Part shown: positions 39,862 to 48,778 of the stretch, piece after piece | Numbering within the stretch: position 1 is the first letter of the stretch | Layout: each line of letters opens with the position of its first letter | Assembly (NCBI GenBank): GCA_038231275.1 | Contig: JBBRLQ010000043.1 | Span: 1-53,557 of the forward strand | From: Polyangiales bacterium | GTDB taxonomy: Bacteria > Myxococcota_A > Polyangia > Polyangiales > Polyangiaceae | DNA: 53,557 nt | Direction of reading: 5' to 3' | Position numbers and translations under genes: made by a program | Notes under the pieces: model-generated | Databases searched by the model: none | Told to the model about the DNA's origin: nothing | The model's input: only the letters and a program-made list of their open reading frames with translations

Positions 39862-41661
39862 ATGACCACCTCCTCTTACACGCGCGTGGCGCTCCGCATC
39901 GGCGCCCTCTTTTGCACTGCGGCCCTCACGTCGCTCGGCCTCGGCCTCGGCTGCTCCGCGCCCGGCTCGTCCGAGACCGGCAGCACTTCGCAGGCGGTCG
40001 GCAGCACCGGCCTCGTGATCAGCGCCGTCTACGGCGGCGGTGGTAACGCGGGCGCGACGTTCACGAACGACTTCGTTGAGCTCTACAACCGCGGCGCGAA
40101 TTCGGTCTCGCTCAACGGCATGAGCGTCCAGTACGGCAGCGCCACGGCGGACTTCGGTGCGCCGGTCGCTCTCCCGAACGTGACGATCGCCCCGGGACGC
40201 TACTTCCTCCTCCAGCTCGCGAGCGGCGGCGCCAACGGCGTCGCGCTCCCGACGGCGGACGCGACCGGCACGACGAACCTCTCGGGCACGAACGGCAAGG
40301 TGGCGCTCGCGAGCGTCACGACCGCGCTCGCGTGTGGCGGGGCGACGCGCTGCGCGACCGCGAACGTCGTCGACATGGTCGGCTACGGCACGGCGTCGGA
40401 CTACGAGGGGGCCACTGGCTCCGCGGTCGCCGCGCTCACCGCCACCTCCGGCGCGTTCCGGAAGGGTGCAGGATGCACGGATAGCGACGTCAACGTGGCC
40501 GACTTCGACGTCGTCACGCCGGTCGCCGTTCCCCGGAACCAGGCCACTGCGGCCGCGATCTGCGGCTCCGGCGGCGACGCGGGCAGCGACGCGAGCGACG
40601 ACGGCGCGAGCACCGACGGCGCGGCCGGCGACGCGAGCGACGACGGCGCGACGGCCGACGCGAGCGACGACGGCGCTACCGACGGCGCGATCGACGATGG
40701 CGCGACCGACGACGGCGCGACCGACGACGGCGCGACCGACGGCGGCGCCGACTCCGGGCCGAGCGACTCGGGCCCGAGCGACAGCGGCCCGGTCGAAGCC
40801 GGCCCTCCGGGCGACGGCACTGGCCTCGTGATCAGCGCGCTCTACGGCGGCGGCGGAAACAGCGGCGCCATCATCAACCACGACTTCGTCGAGCTCTTCA
40901 ACCGCTCGAACAGCAATGTCGCCACCAACGGCCTCTCGATCCAGTACGGCAGCGCGGCGCGTGACTTCGGCTCGCCGCTCGCCGACGGTGGTCCGAGCGT
41001 CGACATCCTCCCGCTCCCCGACATGGTGATCCCGTCGGGCGCGTACGTCCTCGTGAGCCTGTCGACGTCGAACGCCGACTCCGGCGCGCCGATCCCGACG
41101 CCCGACGTGCAGGGCGCACTCTCCCTCGCGTCGACGAACGGAAAGGTCGCGCTCGCGAAGGTCACGACCGGTCTCGGGTGCGGCGGCACCACGCGCTGCA
41201 CCACCGCCAACGTCGTCGACATGGTCGGCTACGGAACGTCGACGGACTTCGAGGGCTCTGCGGCCGTCGCGGTCCTGAGCAACACGACCGGCGCGGCGCG
41301 CAAGGGCGCGGGCTGCACCGACACGAACGACAACAAGGCGGACTTCGACGTCGCGGCCCCGGCGCCGCGCAACACCGCCACCGCGCGCGTGAAGTGCACG
41401 CAGCCCACGCCCGACGCCGGTCCCAACCCGGGCGACGACGCGGGCACTGACGACGGCGGCGGCCCCATCCCGCCGGCGAAGGACGCCGGACACGGCGGAA
41501 GCAGCGGCGGCGTCGACGGCGGCGGAAACGGCGACACCGGCGGCAGCTCCGACACCGGCGGCTGCGCGACGAGCGGCGCGGGTACTGGCGGCGAGAGCCC
41601 GCTGGCCTTCGCGATCGCCGCGCTCGGCGCCGTCATGGCGCGACGCCGTCGCCGCGCCTGA
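39862..41661 (+). CDS. Paralogous lipoprotein with two lamin-tail domains and MYXO-CTERM-like tail
   Basis: Lipobox GLGC; same two-domain layout; DDGAT linker; GGC...RRRR. Confidence 0.88.
   Translation: MTTSSYTRVALRIGALFCTAALTSLGLGLGCSAPGSSETGSTSQAVGSTGLVISAVYGGGGNAGATFTNDFVELYNRGANSVSLNGMSVQYGSATADFGAPVALPNVTIAPGRYFLLQLASGGANGVALPTADATGTTNLSGTNGKVALASVTTALACGGATRCATANVVDMVGYGTASDYEGATGSAVAALTATSGAFRKGAGCTDSDVNVADFDVVTPVAVPRNQATAAAICGSGGDAGSDASDDGASTDGAAGDASDDGATADASDDGATDGAIDDGATDDGATDDGATDGGADSGPSDSGPSDSGPVEAGPPGDGTGLVISALYGGGGNSGAIINHDFVELFNRSNSNVATNGLSIQYGSAARDFGSPLADGGPSVDILPLPDMVIPSGAYVLVSLSTSNADSGAPIPTPDVQGALSLASTNGKVALAKVTTGLGCGGTTRCTTANVVDMVGYGTSTDFEGSAAVAVLSNTTGAARKGAGCTDTNDNKADFDVAAPAPRNTATARVKCTQPTPDAGPNPGDDAGTDDGGGPIPPAKDAGHGGSSGGVDGGGNGDTGGSSDTGGCATSGAGTGGESPLAFAIAALGAVMARRRRRA
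40574..40790 (+). repeat. Coding tandem repeats (gacgacggcgcgacc = DDGAT; DSGPS) in acidic linker
   Basis: Imperfect 15-bp units. Confidence 0.8.
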
Positions 41662-41796
41662 TCCTCGACGACGGCCCGTTCCTACCGCCGGACGTGTCCC
41701 ACATCGGGCGCGAAAAAATGCCCCAAAGCACGCCTCGGCAATAGCCGGCGCGCCCGATTGTGGCAGTCTTGCGCGGGGGCCAGGACAAAGGCCAAC

Positions 41797-42726
41797 GTGA
41801 ACATCGTCACCGGATCGCAGCGGTTCGAGCGTCTCTTGGGGACGCGTGCGCGTGCGGCGTTGGCGGCGACCGAGCTGCTCGGCGACGCCGACGTGTGCGC
41901 GCGCCACGCCGACGGCACGCTCCCGGCGATCTGGCGAATGGTCGGCGCGCGCGCGAACGGCGTGCTCATGGCGGAGGGCGAAGAGCTCTTCGTCGAACGC
42001 GTGAGGGGGCCATTGCGACGCGGCGCGGCGGTGTGCGTCGTGTCGGGCGGTCGCCTCGCGTGGCGGCGCGTCCTCGCGGTGCGAACGGATCGCGTGGTCC
42101 TGCGCGCCGACTCGGCGCCGTTCGCGGAGGAATGGACGGGCGGCGTCGCCGGAACGCTCCGGCCGCGCGCGCTGGATCGTCTTGCGGCGCTCGCGCCGAC
42201 GCGCTTCACCGATCTCGGCTGGGCGGCGTCGATGGGCGCGGCGCGCGCGTTCGCGGCGCTGCGCCGCCTCGGCCAGAAGACGAACGACGCGCCGGCGTTC
42301 ACGGCGCGTCCTCTCGGCCTCGAAGACTGGCCTCGCGTGCGCGCATTCTGGCTCGAGGCGTGCGGCGCGCCGCTCCACGTGAACGCGCAGCCAAACCAGC
42401 ACGTCGTCGGCCTCTTCACCTCGGACGGCGCGCTCGCCGGCGTGAACATCCAGCTCGTCACCCAGGGCGTCTCGTACTCGGCGTTCACGCTCGTCGATCG
42501 CCGGTTCCGCGGCCTCGGCGGCGGGAAGAAGATGGTCGAGGTCGCGCTCGCCGAGGCCCAGCGCCTCGGCATCGTGCTCGTGTACGTGCACATCCACGCG
42601 CGCAATTTCCCGTCGATCGCCGCTTACGTTGCCTGCGGCTTCCACTTCGCGCGCTGGTGGACCGACGAGAGCGATCCGCTGATGAGCGCGGAGCGTCAGT
42701 GGAGGGTGTACGAGCGGCGGCCGTGA
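41797..42726 (+). CDS. GNAT N-acetyltransferase with N-terminal degenerate S24/S26-peptidase-like region
   Basis: LVDRRFRGLGGG acetyl-CoA motif, N.PSIAAY...GF; start uncertain. Confidence 0.75.
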   Translation: MNIVTGSQRFERLLGTRARAALAATELLGDADVCARHADGTLPAIWRMVGARANGVLMAEGEELFVERVRGPLRRGAAVCVVSGGRLAWRRVLAVRTDRVVLRADSAPFAEEWTGGVAGTLRPRALDRLAALAPTRFTDLGWAASMGAARAFAALRRLGQKTNDAPAFTARPLGLEDWPRVRAFWLEACGAPLHVNAQPNQHVVGLFTSDGALAGVNIQLVTQGVSYSAFTLVDRRFRGLGGGKKMVEVALAEAQRLGIVLVYVHIHARNFPSIAAYVACGFHFARWWTDESDPLMSAERQWRVYERRP

Positions 42727-42754
42727 TCGCGTCGCCGGAGTCTCCGTCGCCCGC

Positions 42755-45700
42755 TCAGCGATCCGGCGACACGTTGCGAAGGGCCTCGGCGCAATCGTCG
42801 GCGATGACACGCACTTTTAGCTCTTCCGCCAATCCCTTGGAGCGCAAGAGCGAGGCGCTGGCTTCGGGCGAGGCTTGACGTTTCTGGAGGAGACCGAGCC
42901 AAAAGCGGGCGTGCATTTCGTGCCACGGCGCGGCTCGGCCCCGGAACCCGTCGGCGAGCTCTTTCAGGCGCGACGCGTTGTCGTCGAGGAACGCGAGCGC
43001 GATCTCGTTGTGAACGAGGAGTCGCTCTGCAACGATATCCCGCGCGATCTCGTTCGAATCGAGCAGTGCCTGGCGAGCCTTCTCTGGCTCACCGAGGCGT
43101 ATGTACTGTTCGCCGAGGTTGTGGAGGTGAAGGCTCTCTTCGTATCGAAGGCCGGCGTGATGCGCGAGGGCGACAGCTTGTTCCGCCGCCGTCGCTGCGT
43201 TCCTGTGGTCTCCAGCAAAGTAGAAGCAAACGAAACGCGCCTTCTGGCAATGCACGAGCGCAACAGGGTCGCCGGTGGAGCTCGTCGCGAGCGCTTCCGC
43301 TCGGCTCACCATGTCGAGGCCTCGTGAGAGCGCTTCACGACCGTCCACCGCGACCGTCGCGATCGCTAGGATGAGCAGCATGTCAGTTCGCTGCTGCGCG
43401 TCCGCCGGAAGGAGCGTTGAGCCGAGCGTGTCTCCGACGATCCCCCATTCGCCGCTGAAAGAGGCGACCTTCGCGGCAGCGTAGCGGACCTCTCGTGCTT
43501 GCGACTCGTCGTTCGCTGCCAGCCGTTGCGCTTCAGCGAGCAACGTCTGGGCCCCCGCGAGGTCTCCCAAGGCCGCGAGTGCGCCCGCAGACCACGCGAA
43601 GGCGGGCGCTGCCGAAGCGGCGCCGCTCGACTTGAGGTCGAGCAACGGGCCATCGAGCACCGCCTTGACCAGGGCAGCGCCAGAACGTGCTGACCTCAGA
43701 GCGCTCGACGCTTGTACGCGGGACTCGAGCCCCGTCACGACCTCGGTCGGATCGATACGACGTGTGGTCGAAAGCGCATCCGCGAGCATTCGAATTCGCG
43801 CGCCGGTTGTCGCCCCATCGGTGCTCGGTCCGTCGACGAGGAGAGCCCGTAACGCGCACCTTGCACTCGCCTCCGCCTGTGCCCGTGCGGCATTCGTCGC
43901 CGCCGCCTCGGCAAAGCACGCGGCGGCTTTGGACGACTCCCCAGCTTCGAAAAAGTGAAGGGCGATGGCCTCGCGATCTTCGTTGGTTCCGTGCAGCCAG
44001 GTTCCAGCCAGCCGGTGACCGAGGGTTCGGTCCTCGACCGTGAGGGTGGCGTACGCGGCACCGCGCAAAAGGGCATGGCGGAACACCATTTCGCGAGAGT
44101 CCGCGTAGTGTGATTTGTCGAGATGCGTAATCACCTCGTGCTCGATCAAGGCTGCAAGGAGGGGTTCCCACGCAGCCACTGGTTCACCGACGAGCGCGCT
44201 CACGCCCTCCACCGAGAACGTCTCGCCGAAGATGCTCGCCGCGCGTAGAAGCTTGCGCGCATCCGGGTCCAGCCGCTCCAGCCGCGCTTGCGCGACAGCG
44301 ATGAGCGTCTCTGGAAATGCGTCGGGGCGAAGCGAGGGACGCTGGGAGCGCCTTACCGGGATTCGCTCCGCGGCATCGCGAATGAGCTCTTCGAGGTAGA
44401 ACGCATTCCCCTCCGCGCGGACCACGATGCGCTGGATATCCTCGTCGGTTGCGGTCTCGCCCATGATCGCGCGCACCAACTTGGTCGCGGCGCGCGGGGG
44501 GAGCGGCGGGAGGCGCAGCTCGGTCAGGTGACGGTTTTCCCAGAGGCCTGGGAAGCGCTCATGTACTTCCGGGCGCGCTAGCGCGAGGACGAAGAGCGCT
44601 TCGCCTTCGAGCCTTCGGAGGACGGCGTCGACGAGCTTCACCGATGCGGGATCCGTCCAGTGGAGATCCTCGAGCACAAGGACCACTGGCCCCTTTTTGC
44701 ACCACGCACGCACGAGCTCCTCGAACGCACGTCGGATTTGATCGGCCATCGCCTCGGCGCTGTGGCGTGCGGCGCGGAGCGGGAGGTTCTCCCCGTCGTC
44801 GAACTGCTCGCCGACGAGCTCGCCGACGAAGTCCACGACGCGACCGACGTCGCCTTCGGGCAAGGACCCGCGGACATGCGCCTCGAGTCGCCCGCGCGTC
44901 TCGTCTCCCGTCTCGCGGCCCGACAGCTCGGCTGCTTGACGGACGGCTTGTCCGATCTGTGCGTACGGCGTCGCCGCGTGGAGCGGATCGCCGCGGCAAA
45001 GGAGGACGGTCGGCGGCGACGGAGAACCGTGTAGGCGGCGCACCAACTCGTGACGCAACCGCGATTTTCCGATCCCTGCCGCCGCAGTCACGAGCACCAC
45101 GCGCGGCCCCGCCCCCTCCAGGCACTCGGCGTACGTTGCCGCGAGAATGGTGACCTCGCGGTCGCGGCCGACACAGGCCGTCGGCTGCCCAAGCAGCGGG
45201 CGAGACGGATCGAGCGAGAGGCGCTCGTCGTCGAGGTAGACCCGCCCCGCGCTCTCGCGCAGATCGAAACGCGACGAGAGGAGCGCGCTCGTGACCTCGT
45301 CGACGTTCACGCCCGCGCCCGGAGGCGCCGCACGGACGATCGCGACGCCGCGATCGATCGCCTCTCCTATTGGCACGCGCGCGCCGGCGAGAGCGCTGCC
45401 GGTCGCGATGGCGACGGTTGCCCCTTCGTACGTGTCCGAGACGTACCGCGCGAAGCGGGCGAGCAGCGCGGCCTGATCGGCGCCCGTGACGCCGTCAGGC
45501 GCCATCGCGATCGCCGTGCGGCTGTCCATGGGCACCACGCGGACGCCGAACCGCGCGGACGTCGGTCCGAACGGATCGCCCTCCGCGCGCGTGGCCCCAG
45601 CCGCGCTTGGCGGGGGGACGGTCTTGCGCGGCAGTACGACGACGAGGACCGACGCGATCCGCTGCTCGTCGCCGGTGATCGCCGGCGCACGCAGGGCGGA

Positions 45701-46543
45701 AGGCGTCGTGTGCTCGATGTCCTCGAGCCACGCGAGGAGCTGCGCGCCGTCGCGCGGGCGCCGCTCCGGATCTTTGGCGACCATCCGGTGGACCAGGAGA
45801 TCGAGCGAGTCCGGCACCTCAGGGCGAAGGTCCCGGACGCGCGGCGACTCTTCAAGGACGATCTTGGCGAGGACCGCGAGCAGATCGCCTCCGCCGAACA
45901 GACGCTGCCCGGTCAGGCACTCGAAGAGGACGCACCCGAACGAAAAAATGTCCGCGCTCGGCGCGACCTCGTACCCACCGCGCGCCTGCTCGGGCGCGAT
46001 GAAGCCCGGTGTGCCGAGGAGCGCGCCGGTCAGTGTGATCGGCCGCTTCGACATCGGCCCGCGCGCGATGCCGAGATCGATGACCTTTACGTCTTCGAGC
46101 TTGCCGCGCGGCAAGAAGAGGTTGCTCGGCTTGAGGTCGCGATGCACGAGGCCGCGCGCGTGGATGTACGAGAGCGCCCCGGCCACGCGCAACGCGAGCG
46201 TGAGCGTCTCGTTGACGGACAGCGGCCCGCGCAGGACGCGGGCCTCGAGGTCCTCCCCCTCGAGCCACGGCATGACGAGGTACGGCGTCCCCTTGGCCGT
46301 CACGCCGTGGCTCACGTACCCGATGATGTGCGGATGATCGAGCGTGGAGAGGAGCTCGACCTCGTGCGTGAAGCGCTCGGCGAGCTGCTCTCCGTCGTGG
46401 CGTGACTCGGCCTCAACGAGGACCTTCAGCGCGACGTCGCGCTTCTGCACATGGTCGTGCGCTTTGTACACGACCCCCATCCCGCCGAGCCCCGCGCTCC
46501 GCAGGATCTCGAACCGCTCCGCGATGCGATCCCCCGGGTTCAT
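42755..46543 (-). CDS. Ser/Thr kinase - AAA/STAND-like ATPase - TPR multidomain signalling protein
   Basis: G.GGMG.VY, HRDLKPSN, DLG, GTPGFIAPEQ; VGRDRE, AGIGKSRL, VLEDLHW.D, GNAFYLEEL, FRHALLR. Confidence 0.93.
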   Translation of the reverse strand: MNPGDRIAERFEILRSAGLGGMGVVYKAHDHVQKRDVALKVLVEAESRHDGEQLAERFTHEVELLSTLDHPHIIGYVSHGVTAKGTPYLVMPWLEGEDLEARVLRGPLSVNETLTLALRVAGALSYIHARGLVHRDLKPSNLFLPRGKLEDVKVIDLGIARGPMSKRPITLTGALLGTPGFIAPEQARGGYEVAPSADIFSFGCVLFECLTGQRLFGGGDLLAVLAKIVLEESPRVRDLRPEVPDSLDLLVHRMVAKDPERRPRDGAQLLAWLEDIEHTTPSALRAPAITGDEQRIASVLVVVLPRKTVPPPSAAGATRAEGDPFGPTSARFGVRVVPMDSRTAIAMAPDGVTGADQAALLARFARYVSDTYEGATVAIATGSALAGARVPIGEAIDRGVAIVRAAPPGAGVNVDEVTSALLSSRFDLRESAGRVYLDDERLSLDPSRPLLGQPTACVGRDREVTILAATYAECLEGAGPRVVLVTAAAGIGKSRLRHELVRRLHGSPSPPTVLLCRGDPLHAATPYAQIGQAVRQAAELSGRETGDETRGRLEAHVRGSLPEGDVGRVVDFVGELVGEQFDDGENLPLRAARHSAEAMADQIRRAFEELVRAWCKKGPVVLVLEDLHWTDPASVKLVDAVLRRLEGEALFVLALARPEVHERFPGLWENRHLTELRLPPLPPRAATKLVRAIMGETATDEDIQRIVVRAEGNAFYLEELIRDAAERIPVRRSQRPSLRPDAFPETLIAVAQARLERLDPDARKLLRAASIFGETFSVEGVSALVGEPVAAWEPLLAALIEHEVITHLDKSHYADSREMVFRHALLRGAAYATLTVEDRTLGHRLAGTWLHGTNEDREAIALHFFEAGESSKAAACFAEAAATNAARAQAEASARCALRALLVDGPSTDGATTGARIRMLADALSTTRRIDPTEVVTGLESRVQASSALRSARSGAALVKAVLDGPLLDLKSSGAASAAPAFAWSAGALAALGDLAGAQTLLAEAQRLAANDESQAREVRYAAAKVASFSGEWGIVGDTLGSTLLPADAQQRTDMLLILAIATVAVDGREALSRGLDMVSRAEALATSSTGDPVALVHCQKARFVCFYFAGDHRNAATAAEQAVALAHHAGLRYEESLHLHNLGEQYIRLGEPEKARQALLDSNEIARDIVAERLLVHNEIALAFLDDNASRLKELADGFRGRAAPWHEMHARFWLGLLQKRQASPEASASLLRSKGLAEELKVRVIADDCAEALRNVSPDR

Positions 46544-46597
46544 CGTGTGTGGGTCAGGATAATCCGCTGCGGGCCCTTGATCAGCAGAAGATGCCGC

Positions 46598-46786
46598 CTA
46601 CCGGCGCTTCTTCAGGCTCTTCAACAGCTCCTTCCGCAGCTTCGGATCGTCGGCGGCAAAGTCCATTGCCGCCGCCAGTACTGAAAGAGCCGCTACCGCA
46701 GACGAGAATCGCCTGAGCAAGTCAGCGTCGACATTGAGCGTGACCTTCTTCTTCGAGCCCCTCTTCGCACCCTTTTTTGCAGCCAT
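46598..46786 (-). CDS. Small basic 62-aa protein (candidate YcaO/TfuA substrate or RHH-like protein)
   Basis: GGGAGAGG RBS; starts 12 nt after tfuA stop. Confidence 0.65.
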   Translation of the reverse strand: MAAKKGAKRGSKKKVTLNVDADLLRRFSSAVAALSVLAAAMDFAADDPKLRKELLKSLKKRR

Positions 46787-46798
46787 GTGTACCTCTCC

Positions 46799-47524
46799 CT
46801 AACGATTGATGGTTCTCGTCGCTTCCGATCTCCTGACCGTCCCCTTCGTTCCCCCTTCCTCGGCTCGTTCCCAAACCTTCCCGTCGACGAAGTCCTCCAG
46901 GTCCTGCGTTTTCCACGCGAAGCGCCCGAAATCACGCAGCTCCTCACGCACCTGCGCGGCGTCGTTCGCGCGCACGGCCAGCCCCTCGACGGCTCCACGT
47001 CGCGTGCGGTCGCCGTACCAGCGCGACTTCAAGTCCCGCAGGACATCGTCCGCCGCGGCCTCCGTCACCAAGCCCCGGCCGACCACATGGGCGATCGCCG
47101 CGCGTAGGTGAACGAGCGGCTCCGTCAGCGCCCGATACGGCGGCGCGCCCTCGTGGAGGAGCGCGACCTCGTCGTCCTGGAAGTCTCCCTCCTCCATGAA
47201 GCGCGCGAAGACGCGCCCGAAGCCGCGCATCCCGAGCGGCGCCATCTCGCGCGCACGAATGGCGCCCATCGACGACAGGCCCCACACCTGTACACCTCGC
47301 GCGATCGCCGCGCGCAGCTCCGCGTGACCGACGGCGAGCGCGTCGTGGAACACGCCGTCGCAGATCACGATCGTGCGCGGCAAGGGGCGCGCGTCGAGCA
47401 GCTTCGCGACGTCGAAGCGCCGAACGGGAGGGCGCACGCGAATGCCGCGCGCGAGGGTCGTGGCGCGCGCGCTCGCGGCGAGCGTGGGCCCGGCGAAGAG
47501 GACTACGTCAGCTCGCGCGCGCAT
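46799..47524 (-). CDS. tfuA: TfuA-like protein
   Basis: VLFAGPTL, PPVRR.D, DGVF...AV.H.E, G.SSMGAIRA.E....GM.GFG.VF, DDEVALLH, EPLVHLR. Confidence 0.93.
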   Translation of the reverse strand: MRARADVVLFAGPTLAASARATTLARGIRVRPPVRRFDVAKLLDARPLPRTIVICDGVFHDALAVGHAELRAAIARGVQVWGLSSMGAIRAREMAPLGMRGFGRVFARFMEEGDFQDDEVALLHEGAPPYRALTEPLVHLRAAIAHVVGRGLVTEAAADDVLRDLKSRWYGDRTRRGAVEGLAVRANDAAQVREELRDFGRFAWKTQDLEDFVDGKVWERAEEGGTKGTVRRSEATRTINR

Positions 47525-48725
47525 GGTCCCTCAGCCGCGGGCCGACGCGGTGGATCGTCTCGTTGAACATCTCGAGCCCGGGCACGATCACGCGCGCGAC
47601 CTGGAGCGCGTCCGCCTTCGCCGTGAACGCGACGCGGTACGCGCGCTCCATCCCGCACGCGCGGAGTCGCGCCAGAACGAGCCGGAGGCACGCGCCGACC
47701 GTCGTGGCCTTGGCGGACGCGTCGTCGAGCCCGCTCCACGCCACCGCCGTTCCTTCGGCGGCCTTCGCGACGACGCGCGCGACGAACGCCCGCGTGCGCG
47801 CGCGGCTCCATCCCTTGAAGCGCTCGTGCCGATCGACGAGATCGTCGCGTCCGCCGTGGATGAACGTGAGCCGGCTCTGCGCCGCCTCGCACACCGCGCG
47901 CACGAACGCGACGCTGCGGTGCGGATGGCAGCCATACCCGCCGTTCAGGAGGTGCGGCGCGAACGCCTCCGGATCGTGCACGATCGCCGCAAAATAAGGC
48001 ACCCCGAACACGTTCTTCGCCGTGCGCACGTAGAGCTCGAGCCCTGCGTCGCGAATCGTCCGCACGAGCTCGGCCGGAGCGCCTTGGACCGTGTCGAGAT
48101 CGACCGGCGCAGTCGTGTCGTTCACCGACAAGAGCGAGCGCACGTCGCGTTCGACGAGCTCGCAAATGCCGTGCACGGTCGCTTCGTCGATCGTGTTGCC
48201 CGACGCCAGCCCGTTCGAGCTCGAACCGAAGTGCCCCCTGAAGCGCGAGTGCGGTCGGTACGGCAAGAAGACGAGCTCCGCCGGTACCAGCGTGCGCGCG
48301 CCCGTCGTGATCTCCTCGGCGCACACGCAATCCATCGGCGCGTCGAGCCGGATGTGCGCGCCGAGCCGCGGACAGAGATCCAGGATCGCCTCGGGCCGCG
48401 CGCGTCCGTCGAGCACGTCGCGCGCCGTCGCCTTCACCACCCGCACGCGCGAAGCTCCAGGCTCGGCGAGCGCGAACTCGATCGCCTCCATGTACGCCCC
48501 CACCTCCGCTTCGATGGGGCGAAGGCCCTTGCCGGCGTTCACGCAGAGCGATCCTTCAGTCGCGCCCGGACGGATGCTCGCGTACACCGGCACGCCGACG
48601 CGATCGAGGCGCGTGATGTCGGTCACACGCGTGATGCCCAGCCCCTTCGCGCGCTGCTTCGCACGGGCCAGCGTCACTTCGGGGGATGTCGATCTTAGGC
48701 TTGAACTGAGTGTGACGCTTCGCAA
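47508..48725 (-). CDS. ycaO: YcaO-family protein (TfuA-associated, thioamide-forming type)
   Basis: GITRV.DIT.LDR.GVPV, GKG, MEAIE, SSNGLASGN...EA...GICELVERD, G.GCHP, EAAQSRLT.IHG.RDD, VIVPGLE. Confidence 0.95.
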   Translation of the reverse strand: MRSVTLSSSLRSTSPEVTLARAKQRAKGLGITRVTDITRLDRVGVPVYASIRPGATEGSLCVNAGKGLRPIEAEVGAYMEAIEFALAEPGASRVRVVKATARDVLDGRARPEAILDLCPRLGAHIRLDAPMDCVCAEEITTGARTLVPAELVFLPYRPHSRFRGHFGSSSNGLASGNTIDEATVHGICELVERDVRSLLSVNDTTAPVDLDTVQGAPAELVRTIRDAGLELYVRTAKNVFGVPYFAAIVHDPEAFAPHLLNGGYGCHPHRSVAFVRAVCEAAQSRLTFIHGGRDDLVDRHERFKGWSRARTRAFVARVVAKAAEGTAVAWSGLDDASAKATTVGACLRLVLARLRACGMERAYRVAFTAKADALQVARVIVPGLEMFNETIHRVGPRLRDHARAS

Positions 48726-48778
48726 GCCGAGCTCCGCCAGTACTAAAGGGAGCTTTGCACTCTAGCTGACGAGCATCG

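Noticed and set aside
40574..40790. Short direct repeats resembling a CRISPR array
   Set aside because: In-frame coding DDGAT linker; no unique spacers and no cas genes
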